DNA from: Mycobacteriales bacterium
GTDB lineage: Bacteria; Actinomycetota; Actinomycetes; JADGOV01
Direction: 5' to 3'
NCBI GenBank assembly: GCA_038232055.1
Contig: JBBSIN010000004.1
Coordinates: 1,697-65,696 of the forward strand
Length of the DNA stretch: 64,000 nucleotides
This document shows, in pieces, positions 26,489 through 35,977 of the stretch. Every line of letters begins with the position of its first letter. Positions within the stretch are counted from its first letter, which is position 1. The notes beneath the pieces are model-generated. The model searched no databases, was not told the origin of the DNA, and worked only from the letters and a program-made list of their open reading frames with translations. A program made the translations under genes and the position numbers.

Positions 26489-27724
26489 GTGAACACTCCG
26501 GGACCGGATGAACCGTACGCAGCGGCGTACCGCCGGCTCTCCGAGCCGAGTACGCCGGCCCGGCAGCTCTCCACCGACCCGGACGCCGCCTCGATCGCGG
26601 CCGAGTTGCTTCGCACCCTGGCGCGGGTGGCGCCGTACGACGGCGGCGCTGTGCTCGTCGCCGGCCCGGGCGCGGGGCTGCACGAGCTCGCAGTGCTATC
26701 CCCCGGCGGCGGCGGCAGCGGAAAGGCGCCGGCCGGGCAATGGGACGTCGGGCTGGCGTCCCAGACCGCGATCGCCGACGCGTGGCGCACGGAGCAGGTG
26801 CAGGTACGCGACCGCCAGCACCAGATGCAGGGACAGCGGCAGGGGCCTCGCCGTGGCAGTGCACTCGTCCTGCCGCTGCGCGTCGGTCCCCGGACCGTCG
26901 GACTGGTCGCGGTCGAGACCGGGCGTAGTCGCGCATACCCGCCCGTCGTGGTGACAGCAGCCGAAGCCGCGGCCCACGACCTGGCGCTGCGCCTGGACAC
27001 GGCCCTGATCGTCGACGAGGTCCGCACGCTGGCCACCACCGAGGAGCGGCGACGGCTGGGCCGAGAGATCCACGATGGCGTCGCCCAGGATCTGGCCTCG
27101 CTGGGTTACGCGCTCGACGAGCTGGTCGCCGACGTCGAGGGCGGCGACAGCGCCCTGCTTGCCGGGTTGTGCCGAATCCGCGAAGAGCTCTCCGGCGTGC
27201 TCCGGGAGGTGCGGCAGTCCATCTCCGACCTTCGTACCTCGATCGACGAGCATGGCGGGTTGGGTGGCGCCGTCGCTGAGTACGCCCGCGGCGTGGGCAC
27301 GACCGCGCCGTTCCGCGTGCACCTGCGCCTCGACGGGACGACCGCACGGCTTCCCGCGGGCGCCGAGGCCGAGCTGCTCCGGATCGCCCAGGAGGCGATC
27401 ACGAATGTGCGTAAGCACGCGCGAGCCAGCAACCTGTGGGTCACCTGTCTCGTCACCCCGCCGTCGGCGCTGCTGCGCATCGAAGACGACGGCGCCGGGC
27501 TGCCCCCTGGTGCGCGCCCGGGCAGCTACGGCCTCGAAATTATGAAAGAGCGTGCCCAACGGCTCAGTGCGTCGTTATCCGTACGGGAGCGGGAGCCGAA
27601 CGGCACCCTCGTGGAGGTCACCCTCGGCCACCCGGCCGGGGAGCCCGTCACGGGACGCTCCAGCGGGGACAGGCGACGGGAGAAGCATGCCCACGAAGGA
27701 GCCGACCAGCGTCCTGCTGGTTGA
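26489..27724 (+). CDS. Cytoplasmic GAF-domain sensor histidine kinase (HisKA_3 / NarL-partner type)
   Basis: The H-box REIHDGVAQDLASL and an HATPase region (EAITNVRKHA...DDGAGL...GLEIMKERA) are present. The start is uncertain: GTG at 26474 or 26489. The maximal ORF's TTG at 26381 lies inside repeat copy B. Confidence 0.8.
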   Translation: MNTPGPDEPYAAAYRRLSEPSTPARQLSTDPDAASIAAELLRTLARVAPYDGGAVLVAGPGAGLHELAVLSPGGGGSGKAPAGQWDVGLASQTAIADAWRTEQVQVRDRQHQMQGQRQGPRRGSALVLPLRVGPRTVGLVAVETGRSRAYPPVVVTAAEAAAHDLALRLDTALIVDEVRTLATTEERRRLGREIHDGVAQDLASLGYALDELVADVEGGDSALLAGLCRIREELSGVLREVRQSISDLRTSIDEHGGLGGAVAEYARGVGTTAPFRVHLRLDGTTARLPAGAEAELLRIAQEAITNVRKHARASNLWVTCLVTPPSALLRIEDDGAGLPPGARPGSYGLEIMKERAQRLSASLSVREREPNGTLVEVTLGHPAGEPVTGRSSGDRRREKHAHEGADQRPAG

Positions 27725-28358
27725 CGACCACGAGCTCATCCGTAATGGCCTCCGGGCCGCGTTCCAGCGTGACGGCGGGTGCCGGGTCGTCGGCGAAGCC
27801 GGCACCCTGGCGGCCGCGGTCGCCCTCACCGCGAGGCTGCGCCCCGACGTCGTCGTGATGGACGTCAACCTGCCGGACGGCAGCGGCATCGAGACCGGTC
27901 GCGACCTGCGCCGGCGCTATCCGACGCTCGGCATCGTCATCCTCACCATGTACTCCGGCGACAAGCAGCTTTTCGGGGCGTTGGAAGCCGCCGCGTCGGC
28001 GTTCGTCGCCAAGGACGCGCCAGCGGCCGACGTCGTGACCGCGACGAAGCATGCCGCGACGTCGCCCACCGCATTCACCGCCGCCGACCTCGCCGGTGCG
28101 ATGCGGCGCCGGCTGGCGCCCACGGGCCGGCAGCTGTCCAGACGTGAGCGGGAGGTGCTCGACCTGCTCGCTGAAGGACTGGGAGTGGCGGCCATCGCAC
28201 GACGGCTGTTCATCAGCGAGTCCACCGCGAAGACGCACGTCTCCAAGCTCTACGACAAGCTCGGCGCCAGCAACCGGGCGCAGGCACTGATGGGCGCGAT
28301 GCGCCTCGGCCTCGTGGGGGCTGCGGCCGGGCCCGACCAGCGCTACGGCAGCGCCTGA
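27687..28358 (+). CDS. NarL/LuxR-family response regulator
   Basis: The ATG is at residue 46 of ORF 27552..28358, after GGGAGAA. The receiver VLLVDDHELIRNGL...VVVMDVNLPDGSG and the LuxR HTH LSRREREVLDLLAEGLGVAAIARRLFISESTAKTHVSKLYDKLG are present. Confidence 0.85.
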   Translation: MPTKEPTSVLLVDDHELIRNGLRAAFQRDGGCRVVGEAGTLAAAVALTARLRPDVVVMDVNLPDGSGIETGRDLRRRYPTLGIVILTMYSGDKQLFGALEAAASAFVAKDAPAADVVTATKHAATSPTAFTAADLAGAMRRRLAPTGRQLSRREREVLDLLAEGLGVAAIARRLFISESTAKTHVSKLYDKLGASNRAQALMGAMRLGLVGAAAGPDQRYGSA

Positions 28359-29482
28359 CGCTCCCCAGCCAACAGCTCGCGCAACCGCGCCGCGAGCACG
28401 TCCCAGCGCCACTCGCGCTCGACCCAGTCGCGTCCGGCGGCTCCCATGGCGGCGCTGCGTTGCGGGTCCGCGAGCAGCCCGCCCACCGCGTCGGCGACTT
28501 CTACGGTGTCGTGCCCGTCGACGACCAGCCCGGTCCGGCCGTCGAGCACCGCGTCCGGCGCTCCGCCGGAGCGCCCCGCGACGACCGGCAAACCCGTCGC
28601 CGACGCCTCGAGGTAGACGATGCCGAGTCCCTCCACGTCCAGCCCGCCGCGACGGGTTCGGCACGGCATCGCGAAGACGTCGCCCGCCGCGTAGTACGCC
28701 GGTAGCCCGTCCCACGGCACGGAACCGGTGAGCGTGACGTCCGCGGCGACGCCGACTTCGGCCACGACGCGACGGAGGCGGGCGGCGTCCGGTCCGCCTC
28801 CGACAACCAGAAGCGCGGCATCCGGCACCCGCCGCTGGATCCTCGGCAGCGCCCTGACGAGCACGTCCTGTCCCTTGCGCGGCACGAGCCGCGACACGCA
28901 GACGATGACGGGTCGCCCGGTCAGCCGGTAGCGGCGCCGTACGTCGGAGCCGTCGACGTCCGGCGAGAAGGCCCTCGTGTCGACGCCGGGCGGAAGCCGG
29001 ACCAGTCGCTGGGCGGCGGCACCCAGGGCGGCGGCGATCCGGCGTCTGGTGTAGTCGCCGAGGTAGGTCAACGTGTCGACCTCGCTGCCGATGCGGGCAA
29101 GCATCGAGCGGGCCACCGGAATCGACGCCCAGCCGGCCTCGTGCCCGTGCGTGGAGGCGACCACCCGCTCGATGCCGGCTCGGCGAAGGCCGCCGGCCAG
29201 CAACCCAAGCGGCGCGGCGGCCCCGAACCAGACCGCCGAGCAGGCTTCGGCGACCGCGATCTGCCGGGCTCGCCGCAGGACCGCGGGCACCGGGAGCATC
29301 AACCGGGCGGGGTGACGGATCACCGGGAACGGCTGCTCGGCGTCGTACGCCGCCGCACCCGGCCACGACGACGCGTAGACGACGATCTCGCCGTCGGGCT
29401 GGCGCGTTGCCAAGGAGCGCACGAACGCCTGAATGCCCCCCGGCCGTGGCGGGAAGTCGTTGGTGACCACGAGGGTGCGCAC
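28343..29482 (-). CDS. pimB: GT4 glycosyltransferase, PimB'-like phosphatidylinositol mannoside mannosyltransferase
   Basis: GTG at 29482 (VRTLVVTNDFPPRPGGIQAFV). The C-terminal EGLGIVYLEASATGLPVVAGRSGG is the E(x7)E region. Position is syntenic with Rv2188c. Confidence 0.8.
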   Translation of the reverse strand: MRTLVVTNDFPPRPGGIQAFVRSLATRQPDGEIVVYASSWPGAAAYDAEQPFPVIRHPARLMLPVPAVLRRARQIAVAEACSAVWFGAAAPLGLLAGGLRRAGIERVVASTHGHEAGWASIPVARSMLARIGSEVDTLTYLGDYTRRRIAAALGAAAQRLVRLPPGVDTRAFSPDVDGSDVRRRYRLTGRPVIVCVSRLVPRKGQDVLVRALPRIQRRVPDAALLVVGGGPDAARLRRVVAEVGVAADVTLTGSVPWDGLPAYYAAGDVFAMPCRTRRGGLDVEGLGIVYLEASATGLPVVAGRSGGAPDAVLDGRTGLVVDGHDTVEVADAVGGLLADPQRSAAMGAAGRDWVEREWRWDVLAARLRELLAGERQALP

Positions 29483-29486
29483 ACCT

Positions 29487-30779
29487 TCAGCCCGCCGGCG
29501 GCGGCACCGGGACGCCGTGCTGACGCGCCCAGTCGCGGGCGAGCGCAATGCGCTCCGGTGAGGTGGGGTGGTCGGAGAAGAGTCCGTAAACCAGCGGGTT
29601 CGGGTCCAGGTCCGACAGGTTCGTCTTGGCCAGCCGCACCTCGGAGGCGACGAAGGAGACTGGGTCGCGGGTGAGGTCGAGCGAGTGCACGTCGGCCCGT
29701 GCCTCGATCCGCCGCGTCACGAGGTTCTGGGCCGGCATGACCAGAAACGTGATCAGGGCCGACAGGAACAGCAGCAGGGCCACGGACCGTGGGTCGCCGG
29801 CCGAGGTGGCGCCGGTGCGACGCAACAGCGGCGGCCAGCTCATCGCCAGGAAGATCAGGCAGACGCCGGCGGCCATCGCGAACGCACCCTCGATGGTCCC
29901 GTGCAGCACGTCGTTGCGCTTGGCGTGGCCGAGCTCGTGCGCGACGACGAGCCGCACCTCGTCTGGTGAGGCGCGTAGCAGCGTGTCGTAGACGACGATC
30001 CGCCTGGTGCGCCCATACCCGGAGACGTAGGCGTTGAGGGCCGTCGTCCGTCGGGAGGCGTCGGCGACCAGGACGTCGTCGACGCGCACGCCGTCACGTC
30101 GAGCCAGGTCGAGCAGCGAGGTGCGCAGGTCACCAGCCGGAAGTGGGGTGAACCGGTTGAATACCGGCTCGACGACGACGGGGAACAGAAAGGACGCGAC
30201 CAGGACGAGTACGGCGCCGCCCAGCGCGACCGGGAGCCACCAGTGCCGCGGAAACCCCCGGGCGAGGAGATAAAAGCCGAGGATCACCACCGGAAGCAGC
30301 ACGGCGGCGATCGCGAGACCTCTGGCTTGGTCGCCGAGCCAGCTCAGCCAGGTCTGCGTCGAAAGACCGTACCGGCGCAGGACGACCTCAGCCCACACGT
30401 CGAAGGGTAATGCGAGAAGGCGGCCGAGCACGGACACCGCCAGGCCGCCGATGACGGCCTGAGCCACCCAGCCGCCGCCCAGCGGTCGGCCGGCGGCATG
30501 GACGAGCCGACCGCCGACCGGGGTCAGCGCCAGGGCGCCCGCGACTGCGAGGCCGACGGCCAGCGACGCGTAGGCCGGCGGTCGTACGGCGCGGTGGAAT
30601 GCATCCTCCCGGGCGAGGTCGTGGGCGGCGAAGTCGGCCTGCGGGTCGACGGCGACGCGGCCGCCGGGAACCCGGCCGGGCAACGGCGACCACGGGGTCG
30701 ACCAGAGGATGAGCGCGAGTAGCGCGCCGCCGAGGATCAGCAGTCCGGTGAGCGCGGCCCAGCGCGCGGCAGCCGGCAT
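29487..30779 (-). CDS. M48-family (Ste24-like) zinc metalloprotease, polytopic membrane protein
   Basis: This is the last 430 codons of ORF 29487..31442 (MPAAARWAAL...). It has multiple TM helices, HELGH and a distal SDHPTSPERI. Confidence 0.8.
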   Translation of the reverse strand: MPAAARWAALTGLLILGGALLALILWSTPWSPLPGRVPGGRVAVDPQADFAAHDLAREDAFHRAVRPPAYASLAVGLAVAGALALTPVGGRLVHAAGRPLGGGWVAQAVIGGLAVSVLGRLLALPFDVWAEVVLRRYGLSTQTWLSWLGDQARGLAIAAVLLPVVILGFYLLARGFPRHWWLPVALGGAVLVLVASFLFPVVVEPVFNRFTPLPAGDLRTSLLDLARRDGVRVDDVLVADASRRTTALNAYVSGYGRTRRIVVYDTLLRASPDEVRLVVAHELGHAKRNDVLHGTIEGAFAMAAGVCLIFLAMSWPPLLRRTGATSAGDPRSVALLLFLSALITFLVMPAQNLVTRRIEARADVHSLDLTRDPVSFVASEVRLAKTNLSDLDPNPLVYGLFSDHPTSPERIALARDWARQHGVPVPPPAG

Positions 30780-30790
30780 GCTCGACACAC

Positions 30791-32200
30791 TCACCCCAGC
30801 TCGCTGCGGAGGTAGGAGCGCCACGCTGCCTCGAACGACGCGGGAGTGCTGTCCAGCACCGTTCGCAGCGCGGTCGCCAGCCGTACGTCGGCGTCGGTTG
30901 CGGACGCGGCGGCCACCGTGCGGTAGAAGCGGAGCAGTCCGGCCTCTCCGGCCCGCCGCGCGATGAGACGGCAGGCGAGCCAGGCACCCTCGTACGCCTG
31001 CGGCAGTCGGCGGCTGGTGCCACTGAAGTCGGCGTCCGTCGGCAACGTGACGGGCAGCCGGCCACTGTCGACGTCCTCCTTGAGCTCGTGCGCAGAGACG
31101 GCCGTCGGGATGCCGCTCGACGCGTACGCCACGTAGTCGGCGAACCCCTCGACCAGCCAAGTCGGAGCATGCGAGGTGGTGGTGGAGCGCGTCGCGACGT
31201 GTGTCATCTCGTGGGTCACGACGATCCGTCGACCGAGCGGCCCGAGCTGCGCCACGTTGCGCGGGTTGACGACGATCCGGTTGGCCGCCGCCGGAACGAG
31301 CCCGCGACCGTCGGTCACGTCGGCGGTCGCCACCGCGGCGATGCGGGAGAGGGAGGCCGACGGTCGGTCGAGGATGCGGGCGAGCTCTGTTTGGCTGGCC
31401 GGCACGACGATGACGACGCGCTGTGGCCACCCCGTCCCCCACACGTCGGTGACCCGAGGCACGTCGCGGTCGGCCTCGGCGGACAGCCGCCGGAGAAGTT
31501 CCTTGTCGGTCGGATGGCCGAGGACGAGGCTGCGGCGGCCCTGCACCGTCACAACCGGACCGAAGTCCCAGATTTCGCGGACAGTGTGCACGTTCGCCCG
31601 TTCGAAATCCGAGTCGGAGCCGAGAAACCAGCTCTTGCCGTGACGCACGAACGTGAGGTACTGCCGGGTCGTCCCCGGGCGATCGTCGTAGCCGGCCAGC
31701 CGATAGTGAAGGACAACGACGGACGGTGAGTACGTCTCCGCACCGCTGTACCGGTCGGGACTCGGCACCCGCCGCGCCGGGCCGGCAAAGTCAGCTTCGT
31801 AGGACCAGACGGCGAAGGGTACGGACGCGAGCGCATCGAAGAGCCGGCCCTGGGCGGCCCGGAAGGCGGACTGGCCGGCGTCGACGGTGGCGATGAACCC
31901 GGCCCGGTCCCGATCGCGGACCGCCGCGGCGCGCCGCTCGAGCAGGGCCTCGACCGCCGCCATCCGCGCGTCGCCGTCGGCTCGGGGCGGCACCGGCCGG
32001 GCGTGTGGGACGACCGCCGTCCCGCCGGCTGACACGACTGGCTCCTGGTAACGCAGTGTAATAACCGTGCCGCCGAATACCAGCGCGAATGCCGCGATCG
32101 CACCGACCAGCAGCCGGCGACCGCGGGGTTCCGTCACTGCAGCCGCGCGGACGCCGTCACAGTCGGAGTGTACGGGCGCGCCGCTGGTGCGACACCGCAC
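30791..32200 (-). CDS. Membrane-anchored hypothetical protein with an HExxH (HEMTH) MA-clan peptidase-like domain
   Basis: The TM stretch LLVGAIAAFALVFGGTVI is followed by IVVTHEMTHVAT...WLVEGFADYVAY. The start may lie downstream of 32200. Confidence 0.6.
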   Translation of the reverse strand: MRCRTSGAPVHSDCDGVRAAAVTEPRGRRLLVGAIAAFALVFGGTVITLRYQEPVVSAGGTAVVPHARPVPPRADGDARMAAVEALLERRAAAVRDRDRAGFIATVDAGQSAFRAAQGRLFDALASVPFAVWSYEADFAGPARRVPSPDRYSGAETYSPSVVVLHYRLAGYDDRPGTTRQYLTFVRHGKSWFLGSDSDFERANVHTVREIWDFGPVVTVQGRRSLVLGHPTDKELLRRLSAEADRDVPRVTDVWGTGWPQRVVIVVPASQTELARILDRPSASLSRIAAVATADVTDGRGLVPAAANRIVVNPRNVAQLGPLGRRIVVTHEMTHVATRSTTTSHAPTWLVEGFADYVAYASSGIPTAVSAHELKEDVDSGRLPVTLPTDADFSGTSRRLPQAYEGAWLACRLIARRAGEAGLLRFYRTVAAASATDADVRLATALRTVLDSTPASFEAAWRSYLRSELG

Positions 32201-32201
32201 T

Positions 32202-33263
32202 TCAGCCGGGGCGGACCGCCCCGACGAGCCCGGTCGACAACACCGGACGGATCTTCACCACGTCGCCGGTGTGCGGTGCGTCGATCATGTTGCCGCCGCC
32301 GATGTAGAGCCCGACGTGGTGGATCGGGCTGCCGAAGAAGACCAGGTCACCGGGCTGCATTCGGCTGGTCGAGATGCGGCGGCCGCTCGCGTACTGTGCG
32401 CGGGAGGACTGCGGCATTCCGACGCCGGCGGCACCCCAGGCCCGCATCGTGAGCCCGGAGCAGTCGTAGGAGCCGGGACCGGCGGCGCCCCAGCGGTAGG
32501 GCTTGCCGATCTGGGCATAGGCGAAACGGATCGCCGTGGCGGCGCGTCCGGCGGCGGGGATGCTCCACAGCGGCATCGCCACGCCCCGGGTGCCCAGCAC
32601 GGAGGCCCTTCCCCTCGCCGTCAGCCGGCTCAGGAGCTGCTGCTGCTGACGGAGGGATCGCTCGATGGACCCCCGACGCTTCGCGATGCGGTCCTGAATG
32701 TGGCGGCGCTGGACCACCTCGGCGGCGGCGTCGCGGTGCGCGGCGGCCAGGCCGACAGTGGCGTCGCGGAACTCGGCGATGTGGACCTGACGCTCATGGG
32801 CTACCGCCTCCAGGGACGACGCCTGGTCCAGGAACTGTTCCGGCGTGTCGGTCCCGAGCAGGCTGGCGACCGTGCCAGCGCTTCCGCTTCGGTACGCCGC
32901 CGCGGCGAGCTGTCCGAGCTCCCTTCGTAGCGCCTCAGTACGCGACTCCTGTACGGAAACCGCCTGCTCGAGGGCCGCTGACCGCTCGGTGGCGGCCGCG
33001 AGCGCGACCGTCGACTCGTTGTAGCTCTCGACCAGCTGCTCGACCTGAGCCTGCAGCAGATGGACCTGTGCGGCGATGCGCTCCGGCGTCGGCGCGGGGG
33101 CGGCAGAGGCGACGCCGACGGCGGGAACCGCGACGACGGCCGCGGTCAGACCGAAGAAGCTGAGGCCGGCGACCAGGAGAAGCGCGACGGCACGGGCTCG
33201 TGGACCTAACCGGGCGGGATCCATGGAGCGTGCGGAACTTAGGGAACGCAATGGCGTCGCCAC
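32202..33263 (-). CDS. ripC: NlpC/P60 peptidoglycan endopeptidase with an N-terminal coiled coil (RipC-like)
   Basis: A signal/TM and a long coiled coil are followed by AQIGKPYRWGAAGPGSYDCSGLT...GDLVFF...HHVGLYIGGGNMIDAP. GTG at 33263 comes after AGGAG. Confidence 0.85.
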   Translation of the reverse strand: MATPLRSLSSARSMDPARLGPRARAVALLLVAGLSFFGLTAAVVAVPAVGVASAAPAPTPERIAAQVHLLQAQVEQLVESYNESTVALAAATERSAALEQAVSVQESRTEALRRELGQLAAAAYRSGSAGTVASLLGTDTPEQFLDQASSLEAVAHERQVHIAEFRDATVGLAAAHRDAAAEVVQRRHIQDRIAKRRGSIERSLRQQQQLLSRLTARGRASVLGTRGVAMPLWSIPAAGRAATAIRFAYAQIGKPYRWGAAGPGSYDCSGLTMRAWGAAGVGMPQSSRAQYASGRRISTSRMQPGDLVFFGSPIHHVGLYIGGGNMIDAPHTGDVVKIRPVLSTGLVGAVRPG

Positions 33264-33284
33264 GAAGGCGGTACTCCTTCTTCC

Positions 33285-33425
33285 TCGCCCGCCTACCAGG
33301 TCAGCTGACGGGTTCGGGCGGGAAGAGCGCCCTACGACGCGCCGCTACGGCGCATCGATTCACCCCGGTAACGTGGGTCCCCGGCTCCACCGGCCGCTTC
33401 GGGCCGGTCGGACTCGGCGGTAGCT
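33285..33425 (-). promoter_or_regulatory. c-di-AMP riboswitch (ydaO/yuaA class) in the ripC leader
   Basis: The minus strand reads CGCCGAGUCCGACCGG...GAGCCGGGGACCCACGUUACCGGGGUGAAUCGAUGCGCCGUAGCGGCGCGUCGUAGGGCGCUCUUCCCGCCCGAACCCGUCAGCUGACCUGGUAGGCG. This matches the conserved blocks GGGGACCCA, GGGGUGAAUC, GUAGGG and CCCGAACCCGUCAGCUnACCUnGUAnGCG. Confidence 0.8.
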
Positions 33426-33566
33426 CGGCCGTCGCCACTCCTTGCGAGTGGCTGTCGAAACGGCCGCATCGCCGGAAAGGCTACGCGCGAGCCGTACAGA
33501 TGAGCGCAAAATGGCCGTTCACAGCCGCTCCACACTCCGTCCACTGCTCACGGGGGGGCGGTCCGG

Positions 33567-33770
33567 TCATCCGGCGGCGGCGTCGGGCAGCACCAGCCGC
33601 AGTGGCGGAATCAGGCCACCGCCGGCGAGGGCGTCGAGGGCGTCGCGTTCGGCCGGGTCGATGGTCACCGCGTCGGGTGGGCCGCCGAGCAGGACCGACA
33701 CCACGCAGTCGCCACATGCGGGGCCGCGGACCATGCACCGGTCGCAGTCGATGACCATGTCGGGAGCCAC
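33567..33770 (-). CDS. Small Cys4 protein (CxxC-x6-CxxC), conserved hypothetical
   Basis: MAPDMVIDCDRCMVRGPACGDCVVSVLLGG... has high GC3 and lies directly upstream of the riboswitch/ripC unit. Confidence 0.5.
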   Translation of the reverse strand: MAPDMVIDCDRCMVRGPACGDCVVSVLLGGPPDAVTIDPAERDALDALAGGGLIPPLRLVLPDAAAG

Positions 33771-33861
33771 GAGCTTGTCCCTTCGTCGGAGTCGCTGGCG
33801 ACGCTACGACGGCGGTGCGACAGTTTCCGGCCGGCAGTCCGCTGGTGCCACCACGCGCCGG

Positions 33862-35274
33862 TCAGCCGCGCCCGAGGAGCTTCAGCAGCGCGGCGGATGG
33901 GATCGCTTTCGCGCCGGAGCGACGTACGTCGTCGGCGACCTCGCGGTCCGACGACACGACGACCACGGGTCGTCCGGGAGGCTCCGCGGCGACCAGCTGC
34001 CGGATGCGGTCGTCGGCGATCTCACCGGGCAGGCTGAACAACACGCGCACACCGCGCGGCGACTGCAGCCGCACGCCTTGCACGTCGGTACCGTCGAAGA
34101 CCACCGTGACCTCGGCGCCGGTACGCGCAGCCAGCGCGGCGAGGCCGCCGACCAGCCGGCTCCGCTGGGTTTCGAGCGTCAGTCCGCCGTAGCCCGACTT
34201 CGTCACGTTGTAGCCGTCGATGACCAGATGCACCCGCGGCAGCGCCAGCAGCTGCTCGAACACGGCGGGGTCGTCGGCCTCCAGCCCGCGGGCTGCGGGC
34301 ATGGCGTCGAACCCGCTCCCGGAAAGCTCGGCTGCGACGGCGTCGGCCGGTCGTTCGGTCGTGGGCGGTAGCGCAAGCTCCCGGCGAAGGCCCTGTGCGG
34401 CGTCGACGACGGTGTCCAGCAGCATCCGGAGCCGGATATCGGCGACGCCGCGGGCGTCGCGGCTGGTCCGCCGCGCCGACTCCAGCGTCGACTCCGCTTC
34501 GGCGAGGCGGCTTCGCAGGCGACGTGCCTCCGCCTCCGCCGCGGACACGGTGGCCGCGGCAGCCGTACGGGCATTCTCGGCGCCGGACGTCATGGCTGCG
34601 GCCTCACGCTCCGCCCGACGGGCGCGCTCCCGCGCATCACCGAGTCGACGACGCAGTTCGGCGGTCTCCGACCGCGTGGCCCCGAGCTCGGCCCGCAGCC
34701 GCTCGACCTCAGCCCGGCTCTGTGCCCGGAGAAGGTCGAGCTGTTCCTGGAGCCGCGCCACCACGGCAGCGCTCGCCGCACGAGCCGCGGAAGACTCCGC
34801 CGCCGCCGCCGCCGCGCTCGCCTCTTGCACGAGCTGCCACCATCCGGGTGGCCGAAGCAGATAAGCCGCGGCGGCCACCTCCTCGATCGGTAGCGCCGGC
34901 AGAGGTGACCCGGTCTCGAGCGCGGTGACCAGCTCGGGCAGTCCTTCGCGTACGGCGTCGGCGACCGTCGCCCGAAATCCGGGATCGCTCTCCAGCGCCA
35001 GGGCGATCGGCACCGCGGCCAGCCGCGCCCGCTTGAGCGGGGCAAAGCGCGCGACCCGGCGCAGGGCCGCTGGAACCTCGTCGGGAGGCAGCGCGCCCAA
35101 CCGGTCGGCGGCGAGGGCGAGTACGCGCAGTCGCACCGACTCCGGAAGGCGCACCGGTTCGGCCGCGGCCGGGCCTTCGGGCAGCTCCTCGGACAGCAAC
35201 TCGTCGGGGGGGAGCTCGCCGGCGTGGAGCTCGTTCGGCAGCGACTCCCCGGGCAGCGACTCGGCCGCCGTCAC
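33862..35274 (-). CDS. NYN (YacP-like) domain protein with a central Ala/Arg-rich coiled coil
   Basis: The C-terminal VHLVIDGYNVTKSGY...VTVVFDG...VVVVSSDREVADDVRRSGAKAI is typical of NYN_YacP. The N-terminus has ELP-type repeats. Confidence 0.75.
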   Translation of the reverse strand: MTAAESLPGESLPNELHAGELPPDELLSEELPEGPAAAEPVRLPESVRLRVLALAADRLGALPPDEVPAALRRVARFAPLKRARLAAVPIALALESDPGFRATVADAVREGLPELVTALETGSPLPALPIEEVAAAAYLLRPPGWWQLVQEASAAAAAAESSAARAASAAVVARLQEQLDLLRAQSRAEVERLRAELGATRSETAELRRRLGDARERARRAEREAAAMTSGAENARTAAAATVSAAEAEARRLRSRLAEAESTLESARRTSRDARGVADIRLRMLLDTVVDAAQGLRRELALPPTTERPADAVAAELSGSGFDAMPAARGLEADDPAVFEQLLALPRVHLVIDGYNVTKSGYGGLTLETQRSRLVGGLAALAARTGAEVTVVFDGTDVQGVRLQSPRGVRVLFSLPGEIADDRIRQLVAAEPPGRPVVVVSSDREVADDVRRSGAKAIPSAALLKLLGRG

Positions 35275-35473
35275 GCGGGACCCGCCAGCGCGCCGCTCGC
35301 AACCGGCTCCGAGCCGTCGTTTCGCACTTGCTGCCCCTCCCCCTCAGTGGCCGGCGCTCAGCCGAGAGTAATCATCGACGCCCTCGCATTGTCACTACAC
35401 CGGACCTAGGCAGCGCAGCCACCCATAACGGGCAATGTCTCGCAACTCGGTCGTCGGTCGACGGCCGGGGAGG

Positions 35474-35929
35474 TCAGGAGCTCCCGGAGCCGGGGGCCTT
35501 GGTGCAGAATGTGACGAGCGCCTGCTGAGCGTTATCGACGTTTGTTGCCCGTTGGGGTGTGAAGGTGTTGCTGTCGACGCCGATCCGGAAGAAACCGATG
35601 GCGGTGACCAGATTCTGCAGCCGACCGCCGAGTGCCTTGTCGCTCGGCCGCGCAAGTGCGCGCAGCTCCTGCTGCGCCTTGCCGATCTCCGGTGCGACGC
35701 TCGAGGGCTTCGCGTGGCGATCCCGGACGTCATAGATCAGCCGGCCGACCGACAACACGGCGGGGGCGGCTCGCTGGCAGGTGCCAGCCGCGAAGCGGGC
35801 GGCCGGCGGCTGAGCAGGTCCGCCGGACTTGCTGGACGTGCAGCCGGTCGTCACCGTCGCCGCAATCGCAGCCAGGGCCACGACCACGGATGCCAGAAAG
35901 GGGCTTCGTCGCTTCCGTCGCTTCCGCAC
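35474..35929 (-). CDS. Small lipoprotein, hypothetical
   Basis: Only the last 152 codons of ORF 35474..37267 look real. GTG at 35929 comes after GGAGGA. A signal peptide with the lipobox TVTTGC is present. Confidence 0.6.
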   Translation of the reverse strand: MRKRRKRRSPFLASVVVALAAIAATVTTGCTSSKSGGPAQPPAARFAAGTCQRAAPAVLSVGRLIYDVRDRHAKPSSVAPEIGKAQQELRALARPSDKALGGRLQNLVTAIGFFRIGVDSNTFTPQRATNVDNAQQALVTFCTKAPGSGSS

Positions 35930-35977
35930 CTGGAAGGGTCCTCCGATCCGCGGCCGACGGTCGGCGCTTCGATCACA

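Noticed and set aside
27648-29366. 572-aa minus-strand ORF over the response regulator and pimB
   Set aside because: It is a shadow frame. The response regulator (+) and GT4 (other minus frame) give clear family motifs.
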